A DNA stretch of 44,433 nt from a virus (taxonomy: Duplodnaviria > Caudoviricetes): positions 1-44,433 of the IMG/VR virus record IMGVR_UViG_3300027976_000072, one strand, 5' to 3'. Of this stretch, positions 15,870 through 25,565 are shown piece after piece. Position numbers and translations under genes: made by a program. Below the pieces are notes generated by a model. The model did not search any database and was not told where the DNA came from. It worked only from the letters and a program-made list of their open reading frames with translations. The stretch's first letter is position 1. Every line of letters begins with the position of its first letter.

Positions 15870-18155
15870 ATGATAGGAGTTCTCTCAAATATTCAAAATG
15901 CCTCTAATGACTTTGTTTTTAGAATACTTATAGAGCCTACTCCTAGTTCAGAAAGTATTGTTGTTCCTCCTGAGATAACTGACCCTGGGGAAATTGCAAC
16001 ATACATTGCTGAAGAACAAGCAAAGTATCCTTTATTTGTAGTTCCTTTTCAACTTGGTGGGACTTATGATCTTATTATTGATTGGGGAGATACTACAAGT
16101 AGCCCCAGTATAACAGCCTTTGATACTCCTGTAGATTCCCATAAGCATAATTATGCTTCCCCAGGAGTTTATACAATTACAATTTCTGGTACAGATCTTA
16201 GAAATTTCAGATTTAGTAATAGCGATTCTGCTAAAAAAGTAAGGGAGATTTTAAATTGGGGGTTCCTTGATATAGAAAACAACGGCTTAGGTTTCTTACA
16301 CGGATGTACTGGAATGACAATACAAGCTCAAGATTTTTTCAATCCTGGGCCTTTGACTTCATGTCAAAACATGTTTCATTCAAATTATGTCAATCCTAGT
16401 ATTCCTGGGATAGCTACTTGGGATGTTTCCGGAGTAGCAAGTTTCCAATACATGTTTGCTGGCAATTATCTTTTCAACGATAATATCTCTTCTTGGAACA
16501 TGGCTTCTGCAGTAAACTTAGAAGGTATGCTGAAGAGCTGTTATGTATTTAACCAACCTGTGGGAAATTGGGTTCTTCCAGCTACTTGCACAATCGTAGT
16601 AAGGTTATTTGAAGGTTGTTTAGATTTTGACCAACCTTTAAATTCTTGGGGGCCCTATTCTCTTAATTTCATTAACTTAAATTGGCTGTTTTATAATTGC
16701 CAAGATTTTAACCAAAGTCTTTCTACTTGGTTAAATGCTCCTAATCCTTGTAATAGTTTACATTATACTTTTAGAGCTTGTCATAGTTTTGACCAAAATA
16801 TAAATTCATGGAATATTTCAAATGTTACTGACCTAAGTTCCACATTTGAAGAAGCCTTTGTATTTGATAAGCCACTATCTAATTGGGATACTTCTTCTGT
16901 ACAAAATATGAGTTATACTTTTTCTTATGCAAAAAAGTTTAATCAGCCTTTAAATACTTGGGATACTTCTGCTGTCACTAACATGTTTGGAATGTTCAGG
17001 TTTGCACATAAGTTTAATCAAGTGTTAGACGGGGATGCTTTATGGGATACTTCTCTAGTTATTAGCATGGGAGTAATGTTCTATAATGCTCTCGAATTTA
17101 ACCAAGATGTATCAGATTGGAAGACAAGTTCTGTAACAGATATGAGCGGAATGTTTGCTGCGTCAAGTTTCAATTTTGGACCTTTAGCAACAGTAGGTCC
17201 AAAATGGGATGTAAGCTCTGTAACAGATATGAGTAACATGTTTAGACAATGTCCTTTTAATAAAGCGCTAACAGATTGGGTGACAAGTTCTTTAATAAAC
17301 ACAAATTATATGTTTTTAACAAATGCTTCTTTTAACCAAGAAGTATTTCATTTTAATATGTCTTCAGTTACCTCTGTAGCAGGAATGTTTTATGGAGCAA
17401 CTTCTTTTAATAAGACTGTAAATAGCTGGGACGTTTCTTTAGTTCAAGTCTTTGATGATCTTTTTAGAGGAGCAATAAACTTTAATAGAGAAGTAACAGA
17501 TTGGGCAACTGGTAGTGCTACTTCGATGGCACGTATGTTCTTCGGAGCTACACAGTTTAACAACGAAGGAGATATTCCATTGGTAAAAGATAGTGCTAAA
17601 TGGGATGTTAGTCTTGTAGAAAATATGAGCGGAATGTTTTATAACACTAAGATTAAACTGGGGTTATATAATTGGAATACTTCTTCTTGTACTAACATGA
17701 GTTCTATGTTGTATAACTGCACTCTTTTCAATGAAGATATCTCAGGCTGGGATGTAAGTTTTGTAACAGATTTTAATTACATGTTCCAAGGAGCTTCCAT
17801 TTTTAATCAAGCTATAGGTTCTCCAGGAACTTGGGACACTTCGGCAGCTTTGAGTATGGAAGGTATGTTCTTATACGCTTATGGGTTTGACCAGACACTA
17901 GAAAACTTCGATGTCTCTTTAGTAGGTTCCGGTATATCAGGACAAGGTTTTACTAATTTTCTTAATAGTGTGACACTTTCTACTGCTAACTATGATGCGA
18001 CTTTAAACTCTTTTGCTGGGCAAACTCTAATTTCAAATCAAAATTTTCATGGGGGATTGTCTAAGTATACTGCTGCAGGACAAGCTTCAAGGGATACTTT
18101 AACAAATCCAGGAGGATTAAACTGGACCATAATAGACCAAGGATTATTCCCATAA
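15870..18155 (+). CDS. DUF285/BspA-type repeat protein with N-terminal PKD-like domain
   Basis: IDWGD...HNYASPGVYTITISG (PKD-like), about 20 W(D/N)xSxVxxMxxMF...FN repeats, C-cap LSTANYDATL...WTIIDQG; no signal peptide. Confidence 0.9.
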   Translation: MIGVLSNIQNASNDFVFRILIEPTPSSESIVVPPEITDPGEIATYIAEEQAKYPLFVVPFQLGGTYDLIIDWGDTTSSPSITAFDTPVDSHKHNYASPGVYTITISGTDLRNFRFSNSDSAKKVREILNWGFLDIENNGLGFLHGCTGMTIQAQDFFNPGPLTSCQNMFHSNYVNPSIPGIATWDVSGVASFQYMFAGNYLFNDNISSWNMASAVNLEGMLKSCYVFNQPVGNWVLPATCTIVVRLFEGCLDFDQPLNSWGPYSLNFINLNWLFYNCQDFNQSLSTWLNAPNPCNSLHYTFRACHSFDQNINSWNISNVTDLSSTFEEAFVFDKPLSNWDTSSVQNMSYTFSYAKKFNQPLNTWDTSAVTNMFGMFRFAHKFNQVLDGDALWDTSLVISMGVMFYNALEFNQDVSDWKTSSVTDMSGMFAASSFNFGPLATVGPKWDVSSVTDMSNMFRQCPFNKALTDWVTSSLINTNYMFLTNASFNQEVFHFNMSSVTSVAGMFYGATSFNKTVNSWDVSLVQVFDDLFRGAINFNREVTDWATGSATSMARMFFGATQFNNEGDIPLVKDSAKWDVSLVENMSGMFYNTKIKLGLYNWNTSSCTNMSSMLYNCTLFNEDISGWDVSFVTDFNYMFQGASIFNQAIGSPGTWDTSAALSMEGMFLYAYGFDQTLENFDVSLVGSGISGQGFTNFLNSVTLSTANYDATLNSFAGQTLISNQNFHGGLSKYTAAGQASRDTLTNPGGLNWTIIDQGLFP

Positions 18156-18204
18156 CCTATTTGAATAAACTCCCGTATAATAGTATAGAATATAAAAACA
18201 GAAA

Positions 18205-19206
18205 ATGAAAAACATAACTTACACTTTTATTGCATTGCTGTTATTTATTTCTTGTAGCAAAGAAATAGATACTCCTATATTAGAAAAAACTCTTGTTGAA
18301 CTTGCAGCTGAGCATAAACCTTCTGATTTAGGAGATTATGAAATAGATCAAACTAGGATTCTTCTACTCGATACTAACATAGCGAGCTATTATACAGGGT
18401 ATGGAGAATATTTCCCGTATGTAGAATACTCTGCTCCTCAAGACCCGATTAATATCTCTAATTTAATTCATGGGGGAAATCCTTACGGAGACTTACGTGG
18501 TGCTATGGATACTGTCACAGGTGTAAAGTACAGAGCTTATTGGTTTGATGCTTTTTATAACGGTCTTTTCAGGAATTTTATTATCTACACAAAAGCTAAT
18601 GATGAAAATCAAAATTGGGTATATACTATAGACCAAGAGACTAATACTGCTGTTCTTATAGCAGGTGAAACTTTTGTGCAAACTCCTACAGGAAACAATC
18701 CTTTTGGATACGGTACAATGAAAGTTTATAATTCTACAGTAGCCATAACTAATGTGGGGCCCTATGATGTAAATCCTCTTATTGATTCTCAGGGAAAATT
18801 ATATGTAGATGCATATTGGGACTTAGAAGTTCAACTTATTGACGGTTTAACAGGAGATACTTTAAAAGGAAGGTCCTATTCTTTTATACGTACTGAAAGT
18901 ATACCTCCTACTACAATAACTGGAGTAGGCAGATTAAAAGCAGCTGATCCCGCTTTAGCCAACGGCTTATTTCCAACATATGATATATCCCCTTATGAGA
19001 TTTTATACAACGGTAATCTTGTAACTGTTTTTATTTACCCGGGTGCTTTGCACAGCTTTGCTTTAGGCGCAGGTAATACTTCCAATTCTACAATTATAGT
19101 CCAAGGATTTTTCAATGGGGATTTAATTAATATCCCAATGTCGAGGTTTTCTAAGATAATTTACAAGAGTAACAGAGGTCAAGGTGCAAGCTACCCACAA
19201 TACTAA
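18205..19206 (+). CDS. Lipoprotein of Bacteroidota type
   Basis: MKNITYTFIALLLFIS-C signal II peptide followed by SKEID. Confidence 0.8.
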   Translation: MKNITYTFIALLLFISCSKEIDTPILEKTLVELAAEHKPSDLGDYEIDQTRILLLDTNIASYYTGYGEYFPYVEYSAPQDPINISNLIHGGNPYGDLRGAMDTVTGVKYRAYWFDAFYNGLFRNFIIYTKANDENQNWVYTIDQETNTAVLIAGETFVQTPTGNNPFGYGTMKVYNSTVAITNVGPYDVNPLIDSQGKLYVDAYWDLEVQLIDGLTGDTLKGRSYSFIRTESIPPTTITGVGRLKAADPALANGLFPTYDISPYEILYNGNLVTVFIYPGALHSFALGAGNTSNSTIIVQGFFNGDLINIPMSRFSKIIYKSNRGQGASYPQY

Positions 19207-19265
19207 TACTAAACGGTTGCAGGAGACCCAGCGCAAGGCGAATTTTTAAACTATTGAATACTTTT

Positions 19266-19535
19266 ATGAACCAGGAAATACAAACCTTCGTAGATAGCAT
19301 CTCTACCGTATCAGATACAGTATCGAGGAACACAGGCGCAGTTATAGGCCTTGGAACGGGATACGCTGAAGTGGCCAATGGATACGACCTTATGCCCACC
19401 TATATATACCCCGACTGGCTCGTGTTCACTATGGATTTAGGGATTGTATTCCTGTATGGTGCTGTGGGCGCTCTGGGCGCTGCGCTTATCAATTGGATGT
19501 TGAAGAGATTCTTCGCTAGCAAAAACAAAATATGA
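19266..19535 (+). CDS. Putative holin (start ATG 19266 or TTG 19254)
   Basis: Small protein with hydrophobic Gly/Ala helix and basic C-terminus; ATGA overlap with the endolysin. Confidence 0.55.
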   Translation: MNQEIQTFVDSISTVSDTVSRNTGAVIGLGTGYAEVANGYDLMPTYIYPDWLVFTMDLGIVFLYGAVGALGAALINWMLKRFFASKNKI

Positions 19536-20170
19536 GAACAGCATCAAAACCCATAATGGCAGTAATAGTAGGGGCCATGATTGCTCTCGGAGTTTCCGTC
19601 TATGACTTCAGGGATGGGGAGGACTTCTCTGTTAAGGTTATTCCCGGACAGTCTTATGGAATAGCGGTCCATTTTGCAGAGACGTTTGGCGTAAGCTGTG
19701 CCGGATTAAAGAAAATTGGCATTGAAAGAGGCTTTAAGGATGCCTCTTATATCTCAGCATCTACATGGGATGGCTCATTGTGTATGTTCTCAGAGGTGGA
19801 AGAATCTACTTATGGAGTGAAGGCACAAAACTCCAAATACATAAGTACCGTCTTTCTGGGCTCAGGAGACAAGAAAGCCGCTACAAGAAAGACAGTTAAC
19901 ACGATGGTGGCGCAACTTATTATCATCGTGAAGGAGGTGGATAATCAAGGAGGTGTTATCAATGGCATCTACGCCCACAGGGACATACAACTACCCGGAC
20001 ACGGAACAGCTTGTCCAGGAGCAGTAGCTTATGCTCAATTGGTGTTGGATGGCTTCTATTCACACATTAAGGTGAATGGAGTAATGGTCCAGAATCCAAA
20101 CTTCAAGGAGGGTATATTCAAGGATTCTGATTTAATGGATGTATTCCTTAAAAAAGGAGTGATCAAATGA
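19532..20170 (+). CDS. Endolysin, N-acetylmuramoyl-L-alanine amidase (Amidase_2/T7-lysozyme type) with N-terminal hydrophobic anchor
   Basis: IAVH, RGFKDASY, AHRD and TACPG give the His/His/Cys zinc ligands and the conserved Tyr. Confidence 0.8.
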   Translation: MRTASKPIMAVIVGAMIALGVSVYDFRDGEDFSVKVIPGQSYGIAVHFAETFGVSCAGLKKIGIERGFKDASYISASTWDGSLCMFSEVEESTYGVKAQNSKYISTVFLGSGDKKAATRKTVNTMVAQLIIIVKEVDNQGGVINGIYAHRDIQLPGHGTACPGAVAYAQLVLDGFYSHIKVNGVMVQNPNFKEGIFKDSDLMDVFLKKGVIK

Positions 20171-20544
20171 TGATAGGAATTTTGAAGATGACGAACCTTG
20201 TTAAAAAATATTGGTGGTTAGTAATATTAATTATCTTAATACTGTTTGCACTACTTAGATCCGTGCCAATGACAAAAAGCATGTTTGAAAAATATAAAGA
20301 AACAGAAAAAACAAAAAAAGAAATAGTACAACTGAAAAAAAGTTATAATAAAACAGAAGAAGACTTAAAAAATGCACGTAAATACATTGATGAGTCTATT
20401 GATATTATTAAACAATACGAGAAAAAGATAAATGAACTTGGTAAAAAAACCCCTACTGCTCCTGTTATTAGGAAGTTTACTGATAAGCAGCGGGATGCTC
20501 TTTGGGCAAAATACTACATTGAACTTAATCCCAGAAAGGATTAA
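20167..20544 (+). CDS. Putative inner-membrane spanin
   Basis: N-terminal TM helix then coiled coil, right after the endolysin. Confidence 0.65.
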   Translation: MMIGILKMTNLVKKYWWLVILIILILFALLRSVPMTKSMFEKYKETEKTKKEIVQLKKSYNKTEEDLKNARKYIDESIDIIKQYEKKINELGKKTPTAPVIRKFTDKQRDALWAKYYIELNPRKD

Positions 20545-20872
20545 GTATGAAGGCGAACCTCGTATTATGTTTACATACCCTCAAGAAGATGTTTTACTAG
20601 ATATCTTGGGAAGATGTGTAGACATGAAGAGTGAAGTTTTTTGGAGTAAAAGTTTAAAAGATACCCTTTCTGTAAAGCTATATAAAACTAGCTCTGTTCT
20701 AAAAGTTGTATCTGATAGTTTGGCTATCCAAAAGAAAATATGCTTTGAATGCCAAGAAGACAAAAAAGATTTGCTTGAAGAAAGCATAAAGAAAAGTAAG
20801 TGGGATAAACGAGAAGATGGCTTTTTTTTAAGTCTAATTGCAACTCTTACCGTATTGCTCATTTTAAAATGA
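20432..20872 (+). CDS. Putative second spanin component, overlapping the previous gene
   Basis: Signal peptide, coiled coil, C-terminal TM helix; 113-nt overlap in another frame. Confidence 0.55.
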   Translation: MNLVKKPLLLLLLGSLLISSGMLFGQNTTLNLIPERIKYEGEPRIMFTYPQEDVLLDILGRCVDMKSEVFWSKSLKDTLSVKLYKTSSVLKVVSDSLAIQKKICFECQEDKKDLLEESIKKSKWDKREDGFFLSLIATLTVLLILK

Positions 20873-20905
20873 AACATTTAGAACTAATTAAACGTAGAAT
20901 AGAAC

Positions 20906-22786
20906 ATGGCTGATTGTGGAAGTAGTATATTAGAATCCATTGTTGTATCAGATATTAATAATAATCTGATTACCCTTACACAGGGAGACAAACTGACTGT
21001 AAAAACAAACAATCTTGGTGACGAGATTCTTAAGATTTCTACAGCAGGTGCTAACTTATTGGCAGTAACCTTGATGCCAGGGGCTGGTGTAGCAACTGAT
21101 GCCAGTACTGCAGACCCTTATGCAATATTGTATGACGGAACTACGTCTACTTGGACTAGGTTAATTTCCGAAGATGCAGGTAATAAACTAGTTGTAGGAA
21201 CTGACGGAGGATTATTTACATCTTTAGGTGCTGCAGACATAGGCACCATCTTTAAAATCTCTTCCGGAGATGATGGAGTTACTGTAGCAGAAGGGCCTTT
21301 TAATGTAGAACTAACAGACAGACTGCATTATTACTCTGATGGGTCTTTAGATTTTATTACAGACTTTTCTGCTGGTGTAGGTAAAATACAAGGTAAAGCG
21401 GTACTTTCTAGTACTTCTGGAAACCAACTTACTTTAGATGGCACTGGTCTTTTTGTACCTCAGACTAGCAACGTCATAACAACTCTTGCTTACACTAACG
21501 GAATTGTTACTTATACTAACGAAGCAGCTACAGTATTTAACTTGAATATTAATGCTTCTAATTTAAGAATAGCAGATACACATGATATCTTATTAAGTGG
21601 TATTGGAGCTATTACAAATATTCAAGCACTGTTTGATCAACTAGTGACACTTTCTGGTTCTGAAACTCTCACAACTCTTGGCTATAACTCTACTACTAAT
21701 AAGCTATCTTATTTAGATGAACTAGGTGCTATTACTTCTATAACACTTAATACTGGGCAAACTTCCATTTTAGGAACTAATACCCCAGTAATGCAAATGG
21801 ATGTATCGGGTACTGGCAGTGCACTAAACCCTTATATTTTAACACCTATCTTTAAAGGGAGATTCCCAGACTTATTAGATGTAAATATCAGTCAACAGAA
21901 TATTGGGGATATTGTATATTGGACAGGTAGTAGCTACGACTTAAAAACTCCTTCCACAACAAGCGCTAATACAAATAGCTACATCCGTTCCGTGATACTT
22001 GAAGGAGCAGTTCTAAAATTTGAAGAAGGTGGAGATGGAGATGCATGGTCTGGGGATATTAACTTTCAACCTTTAATAAGCAGCATTGGGAATAGCTTTG
22101 TTCAAACAGTTGCCTTAGTTGGAACAGACTTAACATTTACTGGAATAGGCTCAGCTTATAACGCTAGTGTACCCCTTGCTTCTTTAATAGGAGGAGGTTA
22201 TACTTTTAGTACAAAAGATAAACAAGGCACTATAACAGCTATTACTAATGCAGAAGTTTTAGGCATTATACCAAGTATTTCTACTACAGATTTAATAAAA
22301 ACAACTACAGTTGTAACTGGCTCGGGACATGATATAGAAATTGCTATTATAGGCACAGGTGCTAGTTCAGGTTTTACTACTATGCGCTGGGATATGGCTG
22401 CTCAAAAAGCTTATTGGGGAAGTAGTGAAACAGACCCAGTAGTAAAAGAGTCTTTTTCTATCACAGAATTTGCTAGAAATGCAGACTTAGAAGCACTTAT
22501 AAATGGTAAAATCTTCTTTGTTGTTCCTCAGTATATGGCAGGTAAAGCTATCAAAAGATACAAAGTAACTGTTCCTACAGCTCATACAGGAAGCGCTTTA
22601 ACAGGAGACCTCAGAGTAGACGGGGTATCTGTAAATAGTTTCTCTATTGCTGATGGAGTTAGTACTAAAAACGTTTCAGGTTTAAATATTATACTAGTAG
22701 AAGACCAACTTATAGATGTTGTATTAACAGCAGTAGGAACTACTACTCCAGGAACAGGAATGAATGTAGTTGTAACAATAGAATAA
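20906..22786 (+). CDS. Tail fibre-like protein
   Basis: 626 aa, G/T/S-rich; ISEDAGNKLVVGTDGGLF and LSSTSGNQLTLDGTGLFVP fibre repeats; DLLDV motif. Confidence 0.75.
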   Translation: MADCGSSILESIVVSDINNNLITLTQGDKLTVKTNNLGDEILKISTAGANLLAVTLMPGAGVATDASTADPYAILYDGTTSTWTRLISEDAGNKLVVGTDGGLFTSLGAADIGTIFKISSGDDGVTVAEGPFNVELTDRLHYYSDGSLDFITDFSAGVGKIQGKAVLSSTSGNQLTLDGTGLFVPQTSNVITTLAYTNGIVTYTNEAATVFNLNINASNLRIADTHDILLSGIGAITNIQALFDQLVTLSGSETLTTLGYNSTTNKLSYLDELGAITSITLNTGQTSILGTNTPVMQMDVSGTGSALNPYILTPIFKGRFPDLLDVNISQQNIGDIVYWTGSSYDLKTPSTTSANTNSYIRSVILEGAVLKFEEGGDGDAWSGDINFQPLISSIGNSFVQTVALVGTDLTFTGIGSAYNASVPLASLIGGGYTFSTKDKQGTITAITNAEVLGIIPSISTTDLIKTTTVVTGSGHDIEIAIIGTGASSGFTTMRWDMAAQKAYWGSSETDPVVKESFSITEFARNADLEALINGKIFFVVPQYMAGKAIKRYKVTVPTAHTGSALTGDLRVDGVSVNSFSIADGVSTKNVSGLNIILVEDQLIDVVLTAVGTTTPGTGMNVVVTIE

Positions 22787-23367
22787 TGGCAAAAGTTTGT
22801 ACAAATATATGTTTAGGTTTATCCTGTGATGGGTTATCAATTACAGACGTCTCTGGATTATACCCTGATAAAGCTATGGGGTGGCAATATAATCCAGGAG
22901 ATACAGCTGTACCTACTACAGATATAGATTCAATAACTCTAACAGTAACTGACCCAGAAAGTGTAATCACTGTTTATGCTATTCCTTCCGGTAACTATAC
23001 AGATCCGGCTTTACCTAGCATGTCTATAGCAGACATAGATATGGAACTTCCAGATGGTCTTTATACTTTTGAGTATCAAATAGAATTTTTGACAGAAGAA
23101 AATTGTGCTACAGCTTCAGTAACAACGATGTTAATCACAAAAAGTTTGTCTTGCTGTTTAAGGTCATTAGAAGCAAAAGCGCTTTTAGCTACTACCAGTA
23201 CAGAATATGAAAGCCTTATTAAAGAACATACTAAATTATCAATGGAATTACACGGACTATTAACTTCTGTAAATTCTGAATCAATAACGGACCCACTTTT
23301 AGTAAAAGATATAATTGAAGATCTTTCTACTAGATGCAAAGCCATATCTAAAAACTGCGACTGCTAA
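22786..23367 (+). CDS. Tail hub/fibre-cage protein
   Basis: LPDGLYTFEY motif and Cys-rich C-terminus (NCDC) as in crAss-like tail genes. Confidence 0.65.
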   Translation: MAKVCTNICLGLSCDGLSITDVSGLYPDKAMGWQYNPGDTAVPTTDIDSITLTVTDPESVITVYAIPSGNYTDPALPSMSIADIDMELPDGLYTFEYQIEFLTEENCATASVTTMLITKSLSCCLRSLEAKALLATTSTEYESLIKEHTKLSMELHGLLTSVNSESITDPLLVKDIIEDLSTRCKAISKNCDC

Positions 23368-24584
23368 TGTGCACATGTAATTCTTCTTCTTGTAATGGTG
23401 CCTGCGGGAGCCTTATTGTAAATAAAGGAACTTCAGGAAATCCTGGAGTTGGGATAAGATCCATTACCTCTTCTGTTGATTCTGTAGGCAATACTATAAT
23501 TAAAATCACTCTGACTAGTGGAGTTGTAAACAACGTTACTTTGCCAATAGGTTTACAAGGTTTGTCTGTACATCATTCTTCTATTACTACAAGTACTATT
23601 TCTAGTCTTACGCCTCCTACAGCGAGTCTACCAGGAGCAGTAGATACATATACACTATGGGCAGATGAAGCAGAAACTATTGCTATAGGGACTTATAAAA
23701 TATATAATGGAGCAGATGGTTTATCAGATTCTGTATTTTCCAATGTTGGTGGTGAAGCAGAAGTATTCCAAGTTGGTTCTGCGTATAACTTTAGAACTTT
23801 TAAGTCAGATAACTTAACTGTTACTCAAACTACGGATCAAATAAAAATAAATGACCCGAGATACCCCGTAGAGGTAGTTCTTACAAGTTCTTCGGGAACG
23901 TATGATCTTTTAATGGATAGTTACCAATACTATCAGCCTATTGAAATTACAAACAAAACCCTTTCCCCAGTTACAATTGTAATACCAGCTGGGTACTCTT
24001 TTGAGGAATGTCCGTATCTTATATCCCCTCTGCAACTAGTCTTGCTTCCTACAGGGACTTTACGTGTTTGGAAGTCTTTAAAAGAGACTGTTAATAAGGT
24101 TAGTATACTCTCTTATAAGTGCAAAGCTTATTCAAGAGAAGTAACAGACTTCCAGAATAACTTTAAGTATGACACAGATAGGATATATGTTAGAGCAACA
24201 GAATCTAGACAAATAACTATTGCAGGAAGACTGAGATTTGCAGGATCTAATATAAATGACAATGGAATTGTCTTTAAAATAGAAACTCCTTTTACTCCTC
24301 CTAGAGTAGTTTACTTTGAAGGAACTGCATTTATCAATGGAGGAAGCCCTTCTGTATTAACTTCTTTAGGACAACAAACTGCTTTCCCTGTAAGCTTTTC
24401 AGTAAGTCCTGCAGGAATAGTTACTCTTATAGGAGCAGCTGCACGTATTGGCTCTGTAGATCCTAGTCCTTTATCTGCTGGTTCTGATGTCAGATTTGTT
24501 AAAACTTACATTGACACAATAAGATTCACTGGAATATGGGATGGAGCAAACGCTATAAATACAGTTCCAATAAGCGATTCTTAA
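23367..24584 (+). CDS. Tail fibre/spike protein
   Basis: Cys-rich N-terminus, GNPGVGIRSI...ITLTSG and YNGADG fibre motifs, C-terminal beta domain. Confidence 0.7.
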   Translation: MCTCNSSSCNGACGSLIVNKGTSGNPGVGIRSITSSVDSVGNTIIKITLTSGVVNNVTLPIGLQGLSVHHSSITTSTISSLTPPTASLPGAVDTYTLWADEAETIAIGTYKIYNGADGLSDSVFSNVGGEAEVFQVGSAYNFRTFKSDNLTVTQTTDQIKINDPRYPVEVVLTSSSGTYDLLMDSYQYYQPIEITNKTLSPVTIVIPAGYSFEECPYLISPLQLVLLPTGTLRVWKSLKETVNKVSILSYKCKAYSREVTDFQNNFKYDTDRIYVRATESRQITIAGRLRFAGSNINDNGIVFKIETPFTPPRVVYFEGTAFINGGSPSVLTSLGQQTAFPVSFSVSPAGIVTLIGAAARIGSVDPSPLSAGSDVRFVKTYIDTIRFTGIWDGANAINTVPISDS

Positions 24585-24585
24585 A

Positions 24586-24831
24586 ATGACTTTTGAAGAA
24601 TTTCAAAATAAAGTAAAAGCATTACAATCTGCTTATGGTTCTAAAATAGAAATATTTAGAGTTAAAAGATCTTATGGATTATTCTGCAATGGCTTTTACG
24701 AAATATATGCTTATCGAGCCCTAAAATTCTTATCTTGCACTACAGAAGCAGAGTTCTTAGAAACCTGTGCTTGTGTTAGTCAAAAAGATATTCTACAAAT
24801 TTTGAATAAAGCCAGTGAAAGATTATGCTAA
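24586..24831 (+). CDS. Small Cys-containing tail-region protein
   Basis: 81 aa, tightly packed between tail genes. Confidence 0.7.
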   Translation: MTFEEFQNKVKALQSAYGSKIEIFRVKRSYGLFCNGFYEIYAYRALKFLSCTTEAEFLETCACVSQKDILQILNKASERLC

Positions 24832-25565
24832 GGCTAGAGCAAATAGTATCTCAATATGAAGAAGCACTGGATATTACAACTAGTGACTCAGATTTCTCTT
24901 ATGATTATTACGTGGATCTTACCAATCAGCAACGAGCTTTGCATATACGTAATGAGCAAAATAAGAGATCAAGGACGTTTGATGATACTATTGTTCAGAC
25001 AATAGGATGTTTTCCTATGAAGCCAGTAAGTTCTCTTATGTGCTGTGGCCAGGAAATTGAAGGATGCACTATACTTAGGTCTGTTGAGAAACTTCCTGAC
25101 ACAATAGAGTTCCATGATAAAGATGGGATAATCTCTGTAGGATCTCCTCAGATGACAAGTAAAAGACTTAATCATGTAGATTATCAAACTATACCTTATA
25201 GGGGCAGTAACAAAATCTCCTCTAAAGAAGTGTTCTCGTTTTTAATGGAAGGCTATTTATATCTTTATAGTAAATCTACAGATGTTCTTTCTATAAGATA
25301 CTTAATGATAAGAGGGATATTTGAAGACCCTACGTCTCTGGCTAAATTCAAATGCGAAGAAAATTCTGAAAAAGCTTGCTTTAATAAGCTTACCTCAGAT
25401 TACCCAATATCTACTTGGATGTGGGAATCTCTTGTAAAGCCTAATGTATTGCAACAATTAGGAAGAGAAGCTAGTATACCTAAAGATCTTACTAATGATA
25501 ATAAAGACAGAGAAGATGGCGAATCACAAAATGCACAGGCCAAAGGGGAGACTAGGCAACAATAA
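24825..25565 (+). CDS. Tail ring (tubular) protein
   Basis: QQRALHI, ILRSVEKLP, GYLY, GIFEDP, DYPI, PKDLTND motifs. Confidence 0.75.
   Translation: MLRLEQIVSQYEEALDITTSDSDFSYDYYVDLTNQQRALHIRNEQNKRSRTFDDTIVQTIGCFPMKPVSSLMCCGQEIEGCTILRSVEKLPDTIEFHDKDGIISVGSPQMTSKRLNHVDYQTIPYRGSNKISSKEVFSFLMEGYLYLYSKSTDVLSIRYLMIRGIFEDPTSLAKFKCEENSEKACFNKLTSDYPISTWMWESLVKPNVLQQLGREASIPKDLTNDNKDREDGESQNAQAKGETRQQ

Noticed and set aside
15870-24584. Diversity-generating retroelement acting on fibre or DUF285 genes
   Set aside because: No reverse transcriptase in the window and no TR/VR pair differing at adenines noticed
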